Assembly: GCF_018350175.1 (NCBI RefSeq) | Contig: NC_058368.1 | Coordinates: forward strand, 52,453,815-52,517,814 | Origin: Felis catus | Taxonomy: Eukaryota | Direction: 5' to 3' | Length of the DNA: 64,000 nt | Shown: positions 1 to 13,328 of the stretch, piece after piece | Layout: each line of letters opens with the position of its first letter | Numbering within the stretch: the stretch's first letter is position 1 | The notes under the pieces: generated by a model | Told to the model about the DNA's origin: nothing | Databases searched by the model: none | What the model saw: only the letters and a program-made list of their open reading frames with translations | Program-made: the position numbers and the translations under genes

Positions 1-217
1 GGAAAAGAATTTATCCAGCAAATATTTTGGCATATTGTAATAATTTACAGTTTACAAAGAGTCTTCACCTACATGACTTTGCTTCTTTTTTAGGAGTCCA
101 TTCTAGTAGGCCCTGAAAACCTACATTTTTAGGGACAAGTAAATCCTGGTTTGGAGAGGTTACTTGCGCTACCTAGAGTTGCAACCGATACGATATGTGA
201 TAAAGTTGTTCCTCTTG

Positions 218-440
218 ATTCATTCATTCATTTATTCAAAAAAGACTCTTTTAAGGTCCTGTGATAGGTCAGTTACTCTGCTAAGTGGTGACGACCGTAT
301 GAAAACAGAAAATGTGGCTGGTTGTCTTTAAGGAATTCAGAGGTTAGCAGAAGCACTCAGCATGAAGTCGCATACTATAATGGATTGTCTTTGTTGGTAA
401 CACAGAGGTGTAAATGCTGTAGTAGCAAAGAGAAAAAAAT
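218..440 (-). mobile_element. L2 LINE 3' fragment (ancient)
   Basis: Starts attcattcattcatttattcaa, the reverse complement of the L2 (TGAA)n 3' end, followed by a degenerate L2-like body. Confidence 0.55.
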
Positions 441-749
441 GATTGCAATCATATATTTGGAGTACAGTGGAGATGACCAGTAGGATTACAATGCCCAGAG
501 TGTTCCTGGTGACCCCAAGAGATGCCACAGGATATTCCAGAACAATTCCAGGAAGAAAAACTGCAACTGTTCTGATACAGCAAGCTGAAAACAGTTGGGG
601 GTGTTCCATATCCCCTGTCACCATCTTGAAATACATCAAAAAAGATATTATCACCCGGAGAAAAACTCACAGACTAAACACTGAACCTAAAATATATTCT
701 GGCACTATGTGAGATAAACACATTTAAAAATTTTTTGATTAATATGTTA

Positions 750-1560
750 AATAGATTTTTTTTTTCTGACCACATAACAATTAGGACTCACAGCATAAAG
801 TTTGGAATTTACAGAAGTGTTAGAAGAAAATTAAAAGCACACAATCCTGCTATAGATATGCTATTTTCCTTCCTATGTGGAGTATTTCATAAATAATACT
901 ATTCTGTATATATAATTTGTATCCTGTTTTTTATATTGACATTATAAATTAGAGTTTTTCATAACATTTAATCCAATTTGCCATGATTCAACTACTGTTG
1001 AATACTTCTCTTGTTCATAGAGTTTCCTAGTTATAAATGATGCTTTTTCTAAGGTCTTTTTTTTCCTCATTATTTTGTCTTATTATTTAGAATATTATTT
1101 TCCTAAAATAGATTATCAGATATAGTATCGTTAGGTCAAAAGTATAGCCATTTTCAACACTTTATACATGTTATCAGATTTGTCCCTTAGAAAGATTGCA
1201 TCAGTTCATATTCCCACCAGCAAAGAACGTTCTCATTAAATAATTGCTAATAGGGGAAGGTAAGAAATACATCTATGAGATATTTTTTACACACTTTAAA
1301 ATATAATTATTTATATTCTGATTTTGTGAATTTTGCCTTCATGATTTGTTTTCATTGGCTTATTGGAATATTGGCATTTTTAAGTCAACTTGTATATCAT
1401 TATATTTTAGGAATATTAACACTTTATAGTATTTACCATCAATATTTTTCTCAGTTTATTTTCTTGGCTTATAGTATATAATGTTTTTAAAGTAGAGACT
1501 TTAATACAGTTGAATCTGCACATCTTGTTTATCATGCTTTCTGCCATTATTTTTTGCTTT
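750..1560 (-). mobile_element. Old L1M (L1ME-like) fragment
   Basis: T-rich with antisense L1 motifs (aaagattgcatcagttcatattcccaccagcaa; atttttctcagtttatt). Confidence 0.55.
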
Positions 1561-2524
1561 TAATTTGAGCTGAGAGTCATGCTTCATGACTTCAAGCCAT
1601 AGATCTAAATATCTCTAAACGTCCCCAGTGCCAATAATATGAACTATACAGGGGGCTGCTATAGCAATATATTGTTTCTAAACATGAGAATATACTGGTC
1701 AGCAGGAAAAATTATATGCCCTGGGTTAGAACACATATGTCTTCAAGGAACGTAGGTATTTTAAATTATTTTAAAGAAATTAACATACCTGGGTCTCCCC
1801 GTTTCTCTTGTAAGGTACAGGAAACTTTCTGGGGTTTTTTATGCCCCTGAATAAGATGAACGTCTTCATAACCTCCTTGTAACAGATGCTCTTTTAAACT
1901 GACTTGAGTTATCATGTGAATCGATATTGTTGAGCAGTATACACTGTGGATGTGATAGTCCCTCTTCTTTTCTTTGCACTAATAACACAGAATGTTCATT
2001 CAAACAGTGTTAGAATAATTATCTTAATAAAAGTTTATCTTTCTTGACTAGGAATCACAGGAGTTTCCTACATTATAAATTATCCAACCACTTCCTCTCA
2101 CCCCTTTGGTTTATGGAGAGAAGTTATGACAGAAAATACCTTGTTGGCTTGTCAGTGTCTCTGCTTCTTCTGGATGCCATTTGGAGTGACACGTTGGCAG
2201 TTTTTCAGTGATCAGTCCTAAGTAACTCAGAGCAGAAATGAAGCCAGACTTTCGACAGATTTCAATTGACCTCTCTGATACCAGAGACCACGAGGGGCCC
2301 TTTTCTCAGCCAAACAACAAATGTAGGAAACTGATTCTTAGAACTGTGCTGAGAAGGGTCTAAACTTCAAATTCGTTTGACAATTTCCCTCTTGTACCAT
2401 TGTAAGCAAAATGGAGCACAACTGACTGAATACATAGAATATTTTGTGTGAGTTGGGTGAGTAATAATTTGTACAAGGAAAAGGTATTCGCTTAAATAAT
2501 TGATATGAATCTAGAGGGAGCTCG

Positions 2525-3085
2525 ATTTGGTTCAATGTTTGTATCTGTAACTTAGATAAAGGTACGGAAGGCTTACTCCACAAATTTGTAGGTGGCACAA
2601 CGGCTTACATATTTGATGACAGCTTCAGAATCTAAAAAGATCTCCACAGGCTACAGCAGTGGTCTAAAATCTAGCAAGACAAAATTTAATGGGAATGAAT
2701 ATAAGATTCTGCACTGAGGGTCCGTAACACCTCAGCTATAGATGTGAGATATAAGAAACAGTGTGGCAGCCAAAGATAGAGCAATGCCTTGACAGTCACC
2801 CCACTACTTTATTTAAGGACAACACCTCAAACTGCAATAACAATATCATCATATAACTCCTTTGAAATTTTATAAGATTTGGTCTCTACTGATAGGAATC
2901 AAACACTAGAAAGAAAAGAGATGACAATTTCACCTTAGACTTTTAAGATAACACTTAGACTAAGGCTTTCCATCCTAGACACTTCCTTTAAGAGAAATTG
3001 GACAAACTGGAGCTCATTAGGAAGAGAGTAGAGAGTGAGCGGGTTTAAAGCCAACACAATAAAGAAATGGCTTAGGATGTTCATA
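2525..3085 (+). mobile_element. L3/CR1 LINE relic (RT and downstream ORF2 region)
   Basis: 2528-2720 translates WFNVCICNLDKGTEGLLHKFVGGTT..DDSFRI*KDLHRLQQW..KFNGNEYKILH, matching the CR1 ORF2 pattern LFNIFINDLD.G....LSKFADDTK..IQKDLDRLEQW..KFN..KCKVLH. About 2990-3080 resembles DKLERVQRRA..ERLKEL. Confidence 0.8.
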
Positions 3086-3132
3086 CTTTGCCATCTCCGA
3101 TCTAAGGCAGTTGTGCCTTGTTTTACAAGACC

Positions 3133-3644
3133 TTGACACTTCTCATGTACTTGTTGCCCATATGCATGACTTCTTTGGGAAAATGTCTATATAGATTCTT
3201 TGCCCATGTTTTAATTGGGTCATTTGCTTTTGGCTATTGAGTTGTATAAATTCCTGGCATATTTTAGATATTAACCCCTTACCTGATATGTGGCTTGCAA
3301 GTACTTATTTTCCCATTTCATTGGTTGTCTTTTAATTTTGTTGATGGCTTCTTTTGCTGTGCAAAGCTTCTTAGTTTGGTGTAGTCCTACTTGTTTATTT
3401 TCACTTTTGTTGCCTTTACTTTTGGTGTAAAAAAAAATCATTGCCAAGACCAATGTCAAGGAGCTTACCTTCTATGTTTTCTTCTAGAAGCTTTATGGTT
3501 TTGGGTATTACATTCAAGTCTTTAATTCATTTTTGACTGATTTTTGTGTATGGTGCAAGATAGGGGTCCAGTTCCATTCTATTGCATGTAGCTGTCAAGT
3601 TTTTCCCATTGACTGAAGAGACTATCATTTCCACATTGTATATT
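3133..3644 (-). mobile_element. L1 ORF2 C-terminal fragment (L1MA/carnivore-type)
   Basis: Minus ORF 3271-3459 contains LCTAKEAINKIKRQPMKWEN, matching L1 ORF2 FCTAKETINKMKRQPTEWEK. Confidence 0.9.
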
Positions 3645-3810
3645 ACAGAGGAGAACTTAAATGTTTTCTCACATGTACACAAAAATATGTGAGGTAATAC
3701 ATGTGTTAATTAGCTCAGTGGGAAATACCCTTTCACAACGTATACATGTGTCAAATCATCATGTTGCACACCTTAAATATGTCAGTTATACCTCGGTAAA
3801 GCTAAAAAAG
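3645..3810 (+). mobile_element. L1 3'UTR end with short A tail
   Basis: tatgtgaggtaatacatgtgttaattagc...aaatcatcatgttgcacaccttaaatat..ttatacctcggtaaagctaaaaaa is a typical L1MA/MB terminus. Confidence 0.85.
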
Positions 3811-3829
3811 AGAGAAACATGAGAATGCT

Positions 3830-6660
3830 AGCCAGATAATTTTTAGATTGTCCTTCAATTCAGGTTGGTTTGAAGTTTCCTTCTGATTAACTTTAGTTTC
3901 TACATTTTAGCAAGAACTCTACAGAAGGGATGTTGTGCCCTTAGTATCCGGAGGTACGTGTCATCAATGTGCCTTATTACTGGTGGGGTTAAGTTCAATC
4001 ACCAGTTTAAGGTGATGTCTGCCAGGTCTCTCTGCGTAAAGTTGTTACTTCTTTCTTTGCAACTAATAAGCATCTTTTGTCGAGATGTCAACAGTATATA
4101 AATATCTGATTTGTCATTATACTTTCACCCACTAATTTAGCATCTATTAGTGCTTCCTGCTTGCAACATTTTATTATTATTCGTCTGTCAAATTCCTATG
4201 ATGATTTTACTTGCATCACTCCCTGTGCATCAATTAATTAAAATCCTACGTAAGGAAGAGTTTGCCCCTTCTCTCCTACTTAATTACTGGTTCAATTGTT
4301 TTTATATCAGTGGAGAACTCACAGATATTTATTTTATTCTCTCTTACAACCCACCGTTGTCTGAACGGGGCCATGAGAATGACTTCAGACTGGTCCCAGT
4401 GTCCTTTCAACATTCATTCAACATACACTCATCATTTTTTAAGTACTTGCTTAATTTCTGGCACCATAAGACACACTAGTTTTGTTTTTGTTTTTGTTCT
4501 TTTTTTGCCTCAGACGTGCAACCAGCCATTTCTCCAAGGAATCTTTGTTCCTTTACTGGAAAATGGTTTTTAAAAGCAAAGATCTGGTGTCAGGTGTGTC
4601 CCCTGCTACTGAGGTATCATTTCCTCTAGGATCTCTTTGCAGAAAGGAATTAGGAAATACAAGTTTGTACAGCCACACATACACACACACATAAATATGT
4701 CTATTTCTGTATCTATCTGCAAATATTTTCAGAACCATGAGCTCAGACTGATATTTCTATTTCCTGTCCAACCCCCCAGGGCTAATTCTAACCTTGTCCT
4801 TTCCCTTTATTTGTAACTCCTTCTCTGACAATGAGACACCTAGCTCTCATTAGCAATAATATATTGACACATTTATTTAATCCCAGATTACACATAAAGT
4901 AGTTTCAGAATCCCTGCTTATACTCATGTAAAAAACACATTTAATAATTAGTGTATAATATCTATGTGCAATTTTTGTGATCTTTTACCTTTGTGTATCT
5001 AATCAAATTACTCTGTTCTAAATTGACTTAGGTCTTTCTTTCTTTCTTTCTTTCTTTTAATTTCCTACTCCCTTTACTGTGGTTTTGCTCTTTGTAATGC
5101 AGTTCTGCTCGTTTGTTACTGGGTAGATTACATTTTTGGGTCCCTACTTCCGCCCAGTGATTTTAATTATTTTTTTAATGCATGTGAAACGTTAACTTGG
5201 TTCTAAAACTCAGAATTATACCCAAAGCTACCGTATTCTCAGAGAAATGTCATTCTCCCCTATCCTTGCTACCTCATTCCCATTTCTCCATTCTTTCCTC
5301 CACCTTACAGCCCCGGTAGATACCCATCTCATTCAATTCTGGGTTTTTTTTTTTGTTTTTTGCACAAGTGAGCAGATGCGTGTATATTTTCTTGCTCTCC
5401 CTTCACGCTTATCAAAAAAAAAAAAAAGTTAGCTACTATAGACATTCTTCTACACTTTTCATTTTTTACTTTTCAGTATATCCTAGACAGCATTCCAGAT
5501 CAGTCAAAAGAGCTCTTCTTCACGCTTTTCTGTAGCTGCCCGGCATTCCATTGTGCCGATGCACCACGGTTTATTCAACCACTCTCCTAGGTATATGCAT
5601 TTAGGTGGCTTTGCAGATTTTATAATTCCAAACAGTGACTCGCTTAATAACCTTGTGCAAAGAATCTTTGTGTTGTTGGGGGTGAACTATGGGGTAAATT
5701 CCTTTAAGTGCTCTTTCTGCGTCCAAAAGTAAGTGCATTTTTAGATTTGATAAATATCACCAGATTCTCTTTCTGGCAGGTTGCATCAGTTTGCATTCCG
5801 AGGCATGCTTTCCCACAGGCTTACCAACAGAATGGGTTGTCATCCTTCTTAATTTCTTAAAGTCTGATAAGTGAAATAACATCTCAGTGTTGTTTTAATT
5901 TGCATTTACTTATGTATGAGTTTAAGCATCTTCCCATATTTTAAAGGCCAGTTTATACTGTTTCTGGGAATCATTTACTTATGTCTTCTTTCCTTTGTTT
6001 CTGTTGAGGTTTTGATCCTTTGTTCCTCAATTTCTAGGAGTTCTTAACGTATTTGGGATATCAGCCCTCGGTGTTATATGCTGCGAGTATTTTCTGCCAG
6101 CGTGTGTTCCCTGTCTTCTGATTTTGCCTATGGTGTTTTTGCCATAGAAAGAAGATAGGCAGCCAAACTTATGAATCTTTTCTTTTTGGTTTCTAGATTT
6201 TGAGTCATAGTTCAAAAACATTTTCCTGTACCTCAGTTAAAAAGAAATTCAACCATGAATTTGTTTAGTACTCTGCTGGATTTATTTTTCATATTTTGAT
6301 AGATATAGGGTTTATTCATGTATATGGCACGAGGAATGCACCTTATTTTACTTATTTCTAAATGGCTACTCGGTGTCATTCTTTAAAAGTTTATCTTTTC
6401 CCAAGGCACTTGAGCTACTATCTTTGTTATAGCCTAATTTTACTTCTGTGCTTATATCTACTTCTGGGCTTTCTCTTCTAATCCACTGGTCTATTTTCCT
6501 TCTCATGTGCCAGTATGATCATTAATTACAGAGATTTCATGGTGTGTTTTAATGTCTGGCCGTTTTTCTTTCTCAGTGCTTTTCTGAGCATTATACCACG
6601 TTTGCTCTTCCATATCAACTTGAGGATGAACTTGTCTAAGTCCATTGTTAAAAGCTCCAG
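3830..6660 (-). mobile_element. Old L1M (L1MC/ME-like) 3'UTR and ORF2 fragments
   Basis: Antisense L1M motifs throughout. Minus ORF 6503-6697 (..EKRPDIKTHHEISVI..) resembles ORF2 PDFKTYYKATVI, and ORF 6027-6221 resembles ORF2 KEKIDK..NTI.K.KRQ. Confidence 0.7.
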
Positions 6661-7184
6661 TATAGAATTTTAATCTAAGTATGAAGACTAGTGGCAAAGT
6701 TTAGCTCAGACATTTAAGTCAGACGTGTCCAGAGACAGAAAGCTTGACATTTCTATTGGCAGAGATGTTCAAGCATCGACAGCCTGGGCTAGTGCTTCTC
6801 AAACTTTAACGTACATATGAACCTCCAGGAGATCTTGTTTTATTTTATCACTTGAGGACATTGATTAATTCCATCACCATGGCAGAGATGGAACAATTCA
6901 CCAGCCACTGGAACTTGTGGGTGCAGTCCATCCAAAGCCCTACAGTTAGTACTGAGAGCAAAGTCAATGTCGCGAGAATCTTAACAAATACAAATATACA
7001 TATTTTTTAAGTCTTGTTTGGTGCAATTGTGTTTTTTGTTGTTGTTGCTCCATCAGATAATAGGGCTACGTGAATACCCTTGTGAATAATTTCCCCCTTT
7101 ATTTGAAACCTATCAGACCTTAAATCCCATAGGAAACATGAAGGACTTGAAGAACACCATTTGACATGAAGGATGACGATAAAA

Positions 7185-7400
7185 CACATGAGCTTGGAAT
7201 CAAAGAACCGATTTTAACTCCAAGTTTTACCCCCTCTTCGGCAAATTGGAGCTATTTTTTTAACCTATCCAAACATCAGTGCTCTTACCTATCAAATGAG
7301 GATAATCATAGAGTCCACCTTCTAAGGCTATTGTGAGGATTAAGTGAAATAATGTCTGGAAAGCACTTAGGAGAGAACTCCATAAGTGGTTGCTATTATT
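7185..7400 (+). mobile_element. MIR SINE
   Basis: MIR core: cagtgctcttacctatcaaatgaggataat..gctattgtgaggattaagtgaaataatg..aaagcacttag. Confidence 0.8.
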
Positions 7401-7995
7401 GCTGAAAGTTCATGCTCATTTGGGGATAGACCAATTGCCCAGAGCTTTCCTCTTCAGGTTGCTCCTCAGGCCTGTTTGACAAGGCCCTATTATCTATGAA
7501 GGATTAAGTTTTATTGCTCTCCCAGGAAGTCCTGATTGACCAGCCATGGGCTCTATCAAAATCAGAGTTGCTGGTGGTTTACACTAGAGATCCCCAGACA
7601 CAGATATGTGATACAACAGACCTTTGAAAAGCAAAAGCTCTGTGTTTAGTGCATTTAGATCTTTATCAGTGTTCCTTTAACATATGGCATGTGGAGTACA
7701 TATTTTTTTTCTTAACTTTTATTAAGAGGATTATTAACCTGGAAGAAAATCATATCTTTTTAGAATCTTCAGCCACTGGTTATGCCAAAATGTCCATGAT
7801 TTAGTTAAGAACACTAACCAGTATCTCCCCTTTTTGCATATTAAGCTCTGTATTGTTTTCTTAAATCATTGTAGTTTCCACTCTCTGTTCTATTAAGTTT
7901 GACATATGATACATAATAGCCTCAAATAATATATCTTCCCAACCAAACATCTACCTTCTTATAGAAGGCACTCAGGGAGTAATGAGTAAATGCAA

Positions 7996-7996
<1 letters not shown>

Positions 7997-8028
<32 letters not shown>
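7997..8028 (+). repeat. (CA)16 microsatellite
   Basis: Read directly. Confidence 0.95.
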
Positions 8029-8030
<2 letters not shown>

Positions 8031-10029
8031 AAAAAGACAATTGAGTTTTACATGACTTTGTCACCTAGGTTTATATCCACAGTAAGAAGAAATAGGAGTA
8101 TGGTAAAGGTTCAGTGAAAGTGTATTAAAAGAATGAATAGAAGAACTGGTTAATTACTTAATTAGGTGCATATATAAGTAAGAGTATTTAACACTCACAC
8201 ACATATGAGTCAGTATAAAGCCATATGCTACGCATTTTCTAAGATCTCTGTAATTATCAGAACTACGTATTATTTTGAGATCATTCAATAAAGCTCTCCC
8301 ATTTTCTTTTTACATAAATACCATTGCTGTTTTAAGCAGAGAGAGGCTAAAAATTATTCTACCGGATATTTCTTCTTCTTACAGGGGTAGCAGATGTACA
8401 CAAGGAATCAGTTACTTAATTCCCCTAATCACCCATTTCTTCCCTCCCTCTTCATTCTGTGCTTGGAAACTTCCACATTCCCCAGTGTGCTAATAGCTGA
8501 CCCTGGAAACTGGCAGAAACCAAAACCTTCTCTTGAAAGCAGCAGGCTCCATATGGTTGCTTCAAGCATGGAGGGTGACCCTGCCAAGTCCCCTGCAAAG
8601 GGATTTTACAGAGCAGAGACACAAACGTGTCCCTTTAAATGTTAGTCATTGAGCCAGAGAGAAGAAACCGCCTTCCTGATAAAAGGCAGTTAAAGTCCTT
8701 TTCAGCCTCTGATCTGCAACCTATAGGAAGTTTTGTACAATGGCGGCTCAATGCCAAGCATTGAAAATAAATGTAATCATCAGATGATTAGCTCTAAAAG
8801 TCTGCCCTCAAAAAAATGATAGAGCTGTCAGTTACAATCGAACATACATATGCATACTTGAAAACGGGGAGACCAAGGATATCTTTGAGTGCATGAAACC
8901 AGCCCTATTCTACATGTGTGTGAGGGTAACAGAGGCTATGACATAGCATATGAAGTCAATGGTGGAGTTGTTATTATTTATACATGAGTAAAGATTACAA
9001 ATGCAAGCCCCAGCTCAGATCTCTCACCCCCTGGATCTGCGAAACCTGTCACTCAGTCTCCCGCGGTGTGTCTTCCTATCTCCAAGCCATTGGACCACCT
9101 GCTGCCAAGACTCTCATCTACTGCATCGCCCGAAGGCCTCGATGATAACAGCATTGATTCCAATGTACATCTAATTACTTCTCATAATCTATTCATTTCA
9201 CAATAGTGTAGTGAAACATCTGTCACATCATAAACTCTTTAGTAGCCTTATCAAACCACCAAAACACACTCTGTTGCCAGTTGGCAGCTTCCTCCGTTTC
9301 CCGTTTATTAATATGATGCAAACATTTCTAGTCCTTTTTGCAGCTTTAGATGAATTTCCCCAATGACCAGTGAAGCAGAACTGGGCAAACTGCAGTTTAA
9401 ATGTCTGTATATTACCTATTGAGGGACAAATCCGGATGTCACACAGAAATCAGTTAAAATAGCATTATTTCCTTAGAGGCACCATCCCTGAATAAAGTTC
9501 TTTCACTCATAACAGTGAAAGGCCTCCTTCCTTGGCGTCAGCACATCTGATTAGTTTACTAAAATAAGCCATGGAGACAGGATTGCCTTTGAAGAGGATA
9601 TTACACAGGAAGGCTTGTACCTTCACATGTCTAACTTTACCTTCGGGAAAATAATGCTATTTCCTTTTCCTCTTCTTTTGAATTTTCTCCCTTCATTCTT
9701 TCTCTTTTCTCTCCTAATTCCCTTTTCTCCCCACATGTTTGTCGAAAATCTAAGAAAGAGACCTACTGTGTCATGATTGATTAGCAAATACTGCTGCTAT
9801 TCGGTGATAAAGTCTACACAATGTTCCGGCACAACGCTGATATCACATCTTCCACAAAAGAGATTGATCACCAGGTACTAATTGTTGGTGAACTTACTTC
9901 CGCTCATCCTTCAAACCCCAGTTGAACACCACCTGCTGAAGCAGCTCTCCCAGGGAGAATTATTCAGTCCTCTCTCTATGCTCATAACAGCTTGACATCT
10001 CTACTCGTGCACTTAACATAATGATTAAA

Positions 10030-10218
10030 GGGGCGCCTGGGTGGCTCAGTCGGTTGAGCATCCAACTCCTGATTTCAGCTCAGGTCATGATCGCAGGGTT
10101 GTGGGATCGAGCTCTGCTTGGGATTCTCTCTCTTCCTCTCTCTCTCTCTGTCCTTCTCCCCCTGGCACATGACCGCTCACCCACTCTCTCAAAATAAATA
10201 AGTAAACTTAAAAAAAAA
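10030..10218 (+). mobile_element. CAN-SINE (tRNA-derived carnivore SINE), internally deleted
   Basis: ggggcgcctgggtggctcagtcggttgagc head, (CT)n tract and A tail. TSD cataatgattaa at 10017-10028 and 10220-10231. Confidence 0.95.
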
Positions 10219-10469
10219 CCATAATGATTAAGAATCATTGGTGTATGTACACCATGTATGCCTTTTTTAGGATAAAGACTATGACATTTTCACATTTGTA
10301 TCCCTGGAAACCCCCGGGGTGCCTGACACCCCAGACGATGTCAAACAGATGTAGAAGATTCTCTAGTTCACTCAAGAGAATTAAAAAACTGCAAAGATTC
10401 AAGAGCTACTTTATATTTATCATGAACATTAGCAGTATCATTCTCTATATTTCACTCTGATAATACAAG

Positions 10470-10680
10470 TCAGTGCTTGTACATACCGGGTGCTATCCTA
10501 AGCACTTCACCTACATCAGCTCTTTTAATCCTCATCACAACTAAGTACTATTACGACCCATATTTTAAAGGCAAGGAATTGAAATGCAGAGAGACTAAGT
10601 GCCTTGCCCAAAGTCACACAGCTGATACCTGATGGGCTTAGCAGTCCGGGTCCACCGTTCCTGCTCTGAACTCTTGACAC
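10470..10680 (-). mobile_element. MIR SINE
   Basis: tttaatcctcatcacaac..gaaatgcagagagactaagtgccttgcccaaagtcacacagct is the antisense MIR core. Confidence 0.8.
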
Positions 10681-10682
10681 TA

Positions 10683-11155
10683 CACAAGAGTTCCCCACTT
10701 CTCTGCGGCTTTGCTTTCTGTGGTTTCAGTTACCCAGAGTCAACCCCTGTCTGAAAGCAGATGAGTCTCCTTCTGACATATGTCAGAAGGTCAACAGTAG
10801 CCCAACTCTTCATCACAGGGCCTGCATCATTCCCCTCGCTTCATCTCATCACATAGGCACTTCATCATCTGGCGTCATCAGAAGAAGAAAGGTGAATACA
10901 TACAGTGAGATATTTTGAAAGAGAGACAGTGACCACATTCACATAACTTGTCTTACAGTATGCTGTTAAATTTTTCTATTTTATAATTACTCATAGTTGT
11001 TAATCTCTTGCTGTGCTTACTTTAGAAATTAAACTTGATCATAAGTATGCATGTACGTATAGGATAAAACAGCATATAGAGGGTTCAGTACTACTACCCG
11101 TGGTATCCACTGGGGGTCTTGAAACGTATCCCCCACAAATAAGGGAAGACTGCTG
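10683..11155. mobile_element. MER44-like Tigger (TcMar) non-autonomous DNA transposon
   Basis: Degenerate TIRs (cacaagagttccccacttctctgcgg / ccacaaataagggaagactgctg) flanked by TA on both sides, with a MER44-like internal sequence. Confidence 0.85.
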
Positions 11156-12089
11156 TACTGCCTCATCAGTAGCTGTCCTCTTGCTGAATTCATGTGATTT
11201 TCACCTCACTTGATCAGTTACTCTTTCTTGAGCAATTCTACAAGTCCACGAAAGACAGAGGCCTATTTCCCAATCTGTCCATGTGGGGTATAGAATTTAT
11301 ATGGGGTCCTCTTCATTCGCATATCGTTTTGCCAAGTGAACGCACCACTATCATTTGATAATTACAATTAGAAGGACCAATTCCCATGTCTGCAGAGAGA
11401 ACTCAAGCTTTCTTCCATATTTCCAGTACAGACTTGAGGAAATCATTTTCAACAGAACTATCAGCTCTTATTAACATACTTTAATCCTTCTAAGAAGTCA
11501 GAGATGTTACTGTGTTCTGTAGATGTATTCCTGGAATTCACCAAAATATAAATTTATTGCCCTATAAAGCATTAGCTAGCCAGAGAATAACAGTGGCCAT
11601 AATTATCCTGGATTAGATTTAGTGCTAATGACCCAGAGATGAAAGGCACTGTATCATATTACAGATCCCCTCGGATAACAATTCCCTGAGTCTCCAAGGG
11701 TCAAAGCTAAAAAGAAATCAACCGTTTGTCTCTATGGTCTCTCCACATAATGTATAGCTTATGGCTGCATATATCAAAATTAAAAAAAAAAAACATGTGG
11801 TTAACAGGCTAGGTCTATATTTTAGCATATTTCAGTATAGCATATAGCCATGTAAACTACAACCTGGCTTATGCCAAAATGTCATAAATCCTAAAAGGAC
11901 CAGATTTGGGTAGGGCCGCAGAACTGAATGAAAGCTTGCTGTCACAATGCCTTGCAGGTTCCAGACCCATGACAAATGACACTATCCTAGATTTAGCATT
12001 CATTTTTGTGCATGAAGGGGCTCAACTTACTTTTGCAAGAGAAATATATGTAAGAATTTAGTTAGTGACAGACAAAAGACTGTAAAGAT

Positions 12090-12295
12090 CAATGATTAAG
12101 AGTTGCTGCTATCTGACCTCAGATAGACCTGGCTTCAAAACTCGGTTCTTCCTCTTAATAAGTGGATGAGTGACCTTTGGCATGTTGCCTCCCTAAACCC
12201 CAATTTCTTCATCTGTCTAATGTGCCTGACAGCAGTACCCATCCCAAAGAACTAATGGGAAGAAAACACATGTAGAGCATTTGGCATAGTAGTAC
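12090..12295 (+). mobile_element. MIR SINE
   Basis: atgattaagag..agacctggcttcaaaactcggttct..tgacctttggcatgttgc..tttcttcatctgtctaatg. Confidence 0.7.
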
Positions 12296-12330
12296 CAGCT
12301 ATAGATGAAGGTTATCCAGAGCCATCCTGG

Positions 12331-12541
12331 ATACAATCAGAAGGGTTTCAGGGTCAAGCTGAGCTTTCAAGAAGAAGTCCTTCCCTGGACTATTGCTGAA
12401 GGCTTGGGCAACTAAATTTTCCTGTCTGGGCCACAGGATACCTAAGGGTTGAGAATTACCGGCTTCAGTAGATCTCCTGTATACGTTACTCTTTCCCATG
12501 CCTCCATGCAAATACACCCTGGATTTGTACATGAATCATTG
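12331..12541. repeat. Left arm of ~211-bp inverted duplication
   Basis: Its reverse complement aligns without gaps to 13329-13539 with about 19 mismatches by hand. Near-identical ORFs 12299-12532(-) and 13338-13541(+) reflect this. Confidence 0.95.
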
Positions 12542-12971
12542 TACTCTTCATCCTTATGTCAGAAAGAAAAGGCAAATGAGGGTCAAAGTGTTCAAAGTCA
12601 ATACTATAATTTCTCTCATTTATTCACTTTGAAAACGAAGATCAAGTCTTCAGATACTTTTAATATTTTACTGGGATCTTTAAAAGTGTGTTTAATCAAA
12701 AAGCTCCACTCTTTAAAATACTACCTGAAGTAGAAAAATGTCTCTGTGAGATAGCCACCACATTACAGAATTTATTTAACTGGTTACATGTTCACTGATT
12801 TCCAACTGTAAGTTCCTCAGAGCAGAGGACACAAAATAATGAGTCACAGATGTTGCTTTAAAGAAATAGTTCAGTTAAGGACAAGGAATTTCCCCTCATG
12901 AAGCATCTAGAAAGCAACACAGTGTGGCCAAGTAATGAGGTGTAACTGGGATTATTAAGAGTATTAATGAG

Positions 12972-13053
12972 TGAATCACTAAAATGGTACACCTGAAGCT
13001 AATATTACACTGTATGTTAACTAACCAGAATTTAAATGAAAACTTAAGAAAAA
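12972..13053 (+). mobile_element. Severely 5'-truncated carnivore L1 3' end
   Basis: tgaatcactaaaatggtacacctgaagctaatattacactgtatgttaactaaccagaatttaaatgaaaact plus A tail. Degenerate TSD aagagtattaatgag / aagagaactaatgag. Confidence 0.85.
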
Positions 13054-13328
13054 GAGAACTAATGAGGCAGGAGTGAGCAGTGCAGGCTCAGAAAAGGGAG
13101 GGGCTGCCATGAAAACCACCACCAAGAGAGGACCCTTGGAACAAGTGAGAGGGAGCTGAATTTGAAGGATGGGCAAGACGTAGATAAAGAGCTGTGTAAA
13201 GGGAAGTCTTTCTGATCCAAGAGAAAAACTTCTGACTCTTAATGGTCTCCAATCAGTGTAGTTGGCTTATTCAAAGCAGAAAGTGCCAGAACACATGCAG
13301 CTGTCCATTTTTGCCTATTAATTCTTTT

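Noticed and set aside
10769..10790. Perfect 22-bp palindrome ccttctgacatatgtcagaagg
   Set aside because: Internal to the MER44-like element and, from recall, close to the family consensus, so not locus-specific.
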